64,000 nucleotides of DNA from Nitrospirota bacterium (lineage in GTDB: Bacteria > Nitrospirota > Nitrospiria > JACRHA01): the NCBI GenBank assembly GCA_016234185.1, contig JACRHA010000056.1, forward strand, positions 5,553 to 69,552, in the 5' to 3' direction. Both the position numbers and the translations under genes were made by a program. Positions 61,852 through 64,000 of this stretch are shown here, in pieces (the stretch's first letter is position 1; each line of letters begins with the position of its first letter). The notes under the pieces were generated by a model. The model did not search any database, was not told the origin of the DNA, and saw only the letters and a list, made by a program, of their open reading frames with translations.

Positions 61852-61867
61852 TGGCATACCAGTTGCA
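61852..61867 (+). promoter_or_regulatory. Sigma-54 (RpoN) promoter TGGCAT-N5-TTGCA upstream of flgF
   Basis: GG at 61853-61854 and GC at 61865-61866 have the consensus -24/-12 spacing. It is 33 nt upstream of the flgF ATG. A GGAGGA Shine-Dalgarno lies at 61886-61891. Confidence 0.55.
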
Positions 61868-61899
61868 AAAGACATAGTGCCAATGGAGGAAGAAGGGAC

Positions 61900-62631
61900 A
61901 TGAACAGAGGAATATATCCGTTATTATCAGGCGGGATTGCCCAGGAAATGAAGCTTGAGATGATATCCAATAACCTCTCAAATATAAATACAATCGGTTA
62001 TAAAAAAGATAAGGCAATATTCAAGTCTTATTTACCTTCTTATAATGAACCATATCCAGATGGCGGATCTTTCTTCGGTAAGGATAAGGCCTTCGTACAG
62101 TATGACAGGTCCGTGATAGACCTTTCAGGGGGACCTATAAAAAATACAGGGAACAAGCTTGACCTGGCCATAAACGGTGATGGTTTCTTTGCGATAGAAA
62201 AGGACGGGGGTACGAGATATACACGGAACGGGAATTTTTCATTAGATGACCAGAGGAGGATCGTTACTCAAGATGGTGATCCGGTTCTTGGCGAGGGTGG
62301 GCCGATCCAGCTTCCGGAGGGAGAAATTACGGTTGACGAGAAGGGGACTGTATATGCCGGCAACCAGGAGGCCGGCATGCTCAGGATAGTAACCTTTGCG
62401 AACCAGGATAACCTGGAAAAGGAGGGGGAATCTCTCCTCTCGGGCGGCGCTGAACAGCCGTCTGAGAAATTTTCGGTTGTGCAGGGGGCCCTTGAGCAGT
62501 CGAATGTGAATACCATAGAGGAGATGGCATCCATGATTGAGGTATTGAGGGGATATGAATCTTATCAGAAAGCAATACAGACCATTGATGAGATTAATTC
62601 AAGGTCAGTAACCGAGATAGGGAGGGTTTAG
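61900..62631 (+). CDS. flgF: Flagellar basal-body rod protein FlgF
   Basis: N-terminal ...LSNNLSNINTIGYKK and C-terminal LEQSNVN rod-protein signatures. Confidence 0.85.
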   Translation: MNRGIYPLLSGGIAQEMKLEMISNNLSNINTIGYKKDKAIFKSYLPSYNEPYPDGGSFFGKDKAFVQYDRSVIDLSGGPIKNTGNKLDLAINGDGFFAIEKDGGTRYTRNGNFSLDDQRRIVTQDGDPVLGEGGPIQLPEGEITVDEKGTVYAGNQEAGMLRIVTFANQDNLEKEGESLLSGGAEQPSEKFSVVQGALEQSNVNTIEEMASMIEVLRGYESYQKAIQTIDEINSRSVTEIGRV

Positions 62632-62635
62632 TAAG

Positions 62636-63424
62636 ATGATAAGATCGCTATGGATATCTGCATCAGGTATGGCCGGGCAACAGGTAAACCTCGATGTAAT
62701 CTCTAACAATCTTGCCAACGTAAATACTGTAGGTTTCAAGAGGAGCAGGGCAGATTTTCAGGACCTCCTTTATCAGAATGTGAAATCTGCCGGGACGGCC
62801 TCAGGCACAGGGACACAGGTGCCGACAGGTATACAGCTTGGGTCAGGGGTTCGTCCTGTTGCGGTGCAGAAGTTATTTATCCAGGGAGATTTCCAGGAGA
62901 CCCAGAGTGAGCTGGATATGGCTGTTGAGGGGGATGGGTTCTTCCAGATAACAAAGCCTGACGGGGAGATAGCATATACCAGGGCAGGTTCATTCAAAAA
63001 GGACAGCGATGGTAGGATGGTGAGCTCAGATGGGTATCCCCTTGAACCATCTGTTGCTATTCCTAGCAATGCATCGAAGGTAACCATAAGCAGTGATGGT
63101 ATTGTATCTGCCGAGGTGTCAGGCAGCTCGGCGCCGACCAACATAGGTAAGATCGAGCTTGCACGGTTCGTAAACCCTTCCGGATTAAACAGTATCGGCA
63201 AAAACCTTTTTCTCCCGACTGCCTCATCCGGGGATCCGATTACAGGGAAGCCCGGACAGGATGGTTTTGGGACGATATCCCAGGGATATCTGGAGTCGTC
63301 GAACGTTAATATTGCCGAAGAGATGATTAACATGATCATCGGTCAAAGGGCGTACGAGATTAACTCAAAGTCGATCCAGACGGCCGATGAGGTCCTCCAG
63401 ACGGCAAATAACCTGAGGCGGTAA
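62636..63424 (+). CDS. flgG: Flagellar basal-body rod protein FlgG
   Basis: MIRSLWISASGM...LANVNTVGFK and C-terminal GYLESSNVNIAEEMINMI. Confidence 0.9.
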   Translation: MIRSLWISASGMAGQQVNLDVISNNLANVNTVGFKRSRADFQDLLYQNVKSAGTASGTGTQVPTGIQLGSGVRPVAVQKLFIQGDFQETQSELDMAVEGDGFFQITKPDGEIAYTRAGSFKKDSDGRMVSSDGYPLEPSVAIPSNASKVTISSDGIVSAEVSGSSAPTNIGKIELARFVNPSGLNSIGKNLFLPTASSGDPITGKPGQDGFGTISQGYLESSNVNIAEEMINMIIGQRAYEINSKSIQTADEVLQTANNLRR

Positions 63425-63430
63425 CTTTAT

Positions 63431-64000
63431 ATGGAGAAAGGCAAGATGATAGGATGCAATTTGTTTAAAAAGCTTTTGCCGGCAGTGGTCTTCCTTGGTC
63501 TTGTTGGCAGCCCTCCCCTCTTTCCTAAAGAGATCAGGAATGTTACCACCGATGATTGGATAAGGGATGTTATTGCCCATTACGTGGAAGGGCAGATGCC
63601 ATGGGCAGAAGACCATGTCAGGGTCGATCTGATCGGATCAGCAGAGAAGGTTTTTGTATCAGAGGATAAAATGGAATATAACGTGAGCATCAAGGATAGC
63701 AGGGGCCTCCTCGGAAGAAGGCTTTTTCAGATCGAATTCAAGAAGGATGGGGAAAATTTCAAAACAATCAAGACGACAGCGGATGTGAGGGTAGAGATGG
63801 ATGTTGTTGCCCTGTCACATCCTATTAAGAAGAATCAGATAATCAGGGAAGATGACCTCTATTTGAAAAAGATCGGGCTTTATGATCTGAGCGGGAGCCT
63901 CTTATTCGACCCCGGGGCCGTTATTGGAAAGAGGGTCAAGAGGTTTATCAAGCCCGGCACACTGCTGACCGAGGAGATGATCGAAGAGGCGCCCCTCGTA
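63431..64000 (+). CDS. flgA: Flagellar basal-body P-ring formation chaperone FlgA (3' end beyond the window)
   Basis: Signal peptide and a SAF/FlgA-like region (IKKNQIIREDDL...IKPGTLLTEEMI). The ORF runs off the window end. Confidence 0.65.
   Translation, partial: MEKGKMIGCNLFKKLLPAVVFLGLVGSPPLFPKEIRNVTTDDWIRDVIAHYVEGQMPWAEDHVRVDLIGSAEKVFVSEDKMEYNVSIKDSRGLLGRRLFQIEFKKDGENFKTIKTTADVRVEMDVVALSHPIKKNQIIREDDLYLKKIGLYDLSGSLLFDPGAVIGKRVKRFIKPGTLLTEEMIEEAPLV

Overview
Mostly chromosomal housekeeping, motility and biotin genes (about 45% GC, likely a Desulfobacterota/Nitrospirota-type anaerobe), interrupted by three compositionally distinct accessory patches and a hairpin-forming interspersed repeat family with at least 13 copies in this window. 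Gene calls come from reading the ORF translations for recognisable motifs; no searches were run.

Chromosomal content, in order:
- ruvC (partial) and a yebC/pmpR-family regulator.
- A conserved envelope block: DUF1844 protein, tamB-like, bamA, a TPR plus peptidase-MA-like protein, DUF4390, an ntrY-like kinase, a sigma54 ntrX-like regulator, trxB.
- The modABC molybdate transporter with a ModE N-terminal-domain regulator.
- M48 protease, a DASS/TrkA-C transporter, a UPF0016 protein, a PaaI-type thioesterase, an ArfB-like protein.
- accA, dnaE and an ABC-2 exporter.
- A large chemotaxis cluster: NIT-domain MCP, GGDEF-EAL protein, cheR, cheB, cheY, a second MCP, a periplasmic protein, a porin-like protein, cheW, cheA, motB, motA.
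- The bioB, bioF, fabG-like, bioD operon, a cyclophilin, ppx/gppA, and flgF, flgG, flgA (partial at the window end).

Accessory patches:
- 15.7-18.9 kb: a toxin-antitoxin cluster (DUF104-like antitoxin, ParDE-like pair with an apparent C-terminal frameshift, PIN fragment, BrnTA), a 260-aa orphan protein, a 27-aa hydrophobic peptide gene with a strong Shine-Dalgarno, and a degraded IS200/RAYT-like Y1 transposase.
- 22.1-23.9 kb: a high-GC single-gene island encoding a B12-binding radical SAM protein.
- 27.8-30.9 kb: a decayed type I restriction-modification accessory island (fic, truncated hsdS, ORF6N, yhcG/DUF1016) with no hsdM or hsdR.

Most striking signal: a modular REP/MITE-like repeat with the core GAGGGGGAGGCTCCATCCGGCTTTGCCGGTGGAGGGGGCGACGCAAGCCCCT, often followed by an AATGAAAGCGGGAGTCAGGAGTCAGGAG module. 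It occupies intergenic sites, splits motA from motB with a 440 bp multi-copy cluster, and is inserted in frame into bioD (with a putative 10 bp target duplication) and into the cheA linker. The cheA copy carries compensatory arm changes that keep the hairpin intact. Two further hairpin repeat families and a perfect sigma54 promoter upstream of flgF are also present. No tRNA, rRNA or CRISPR arrays were found.
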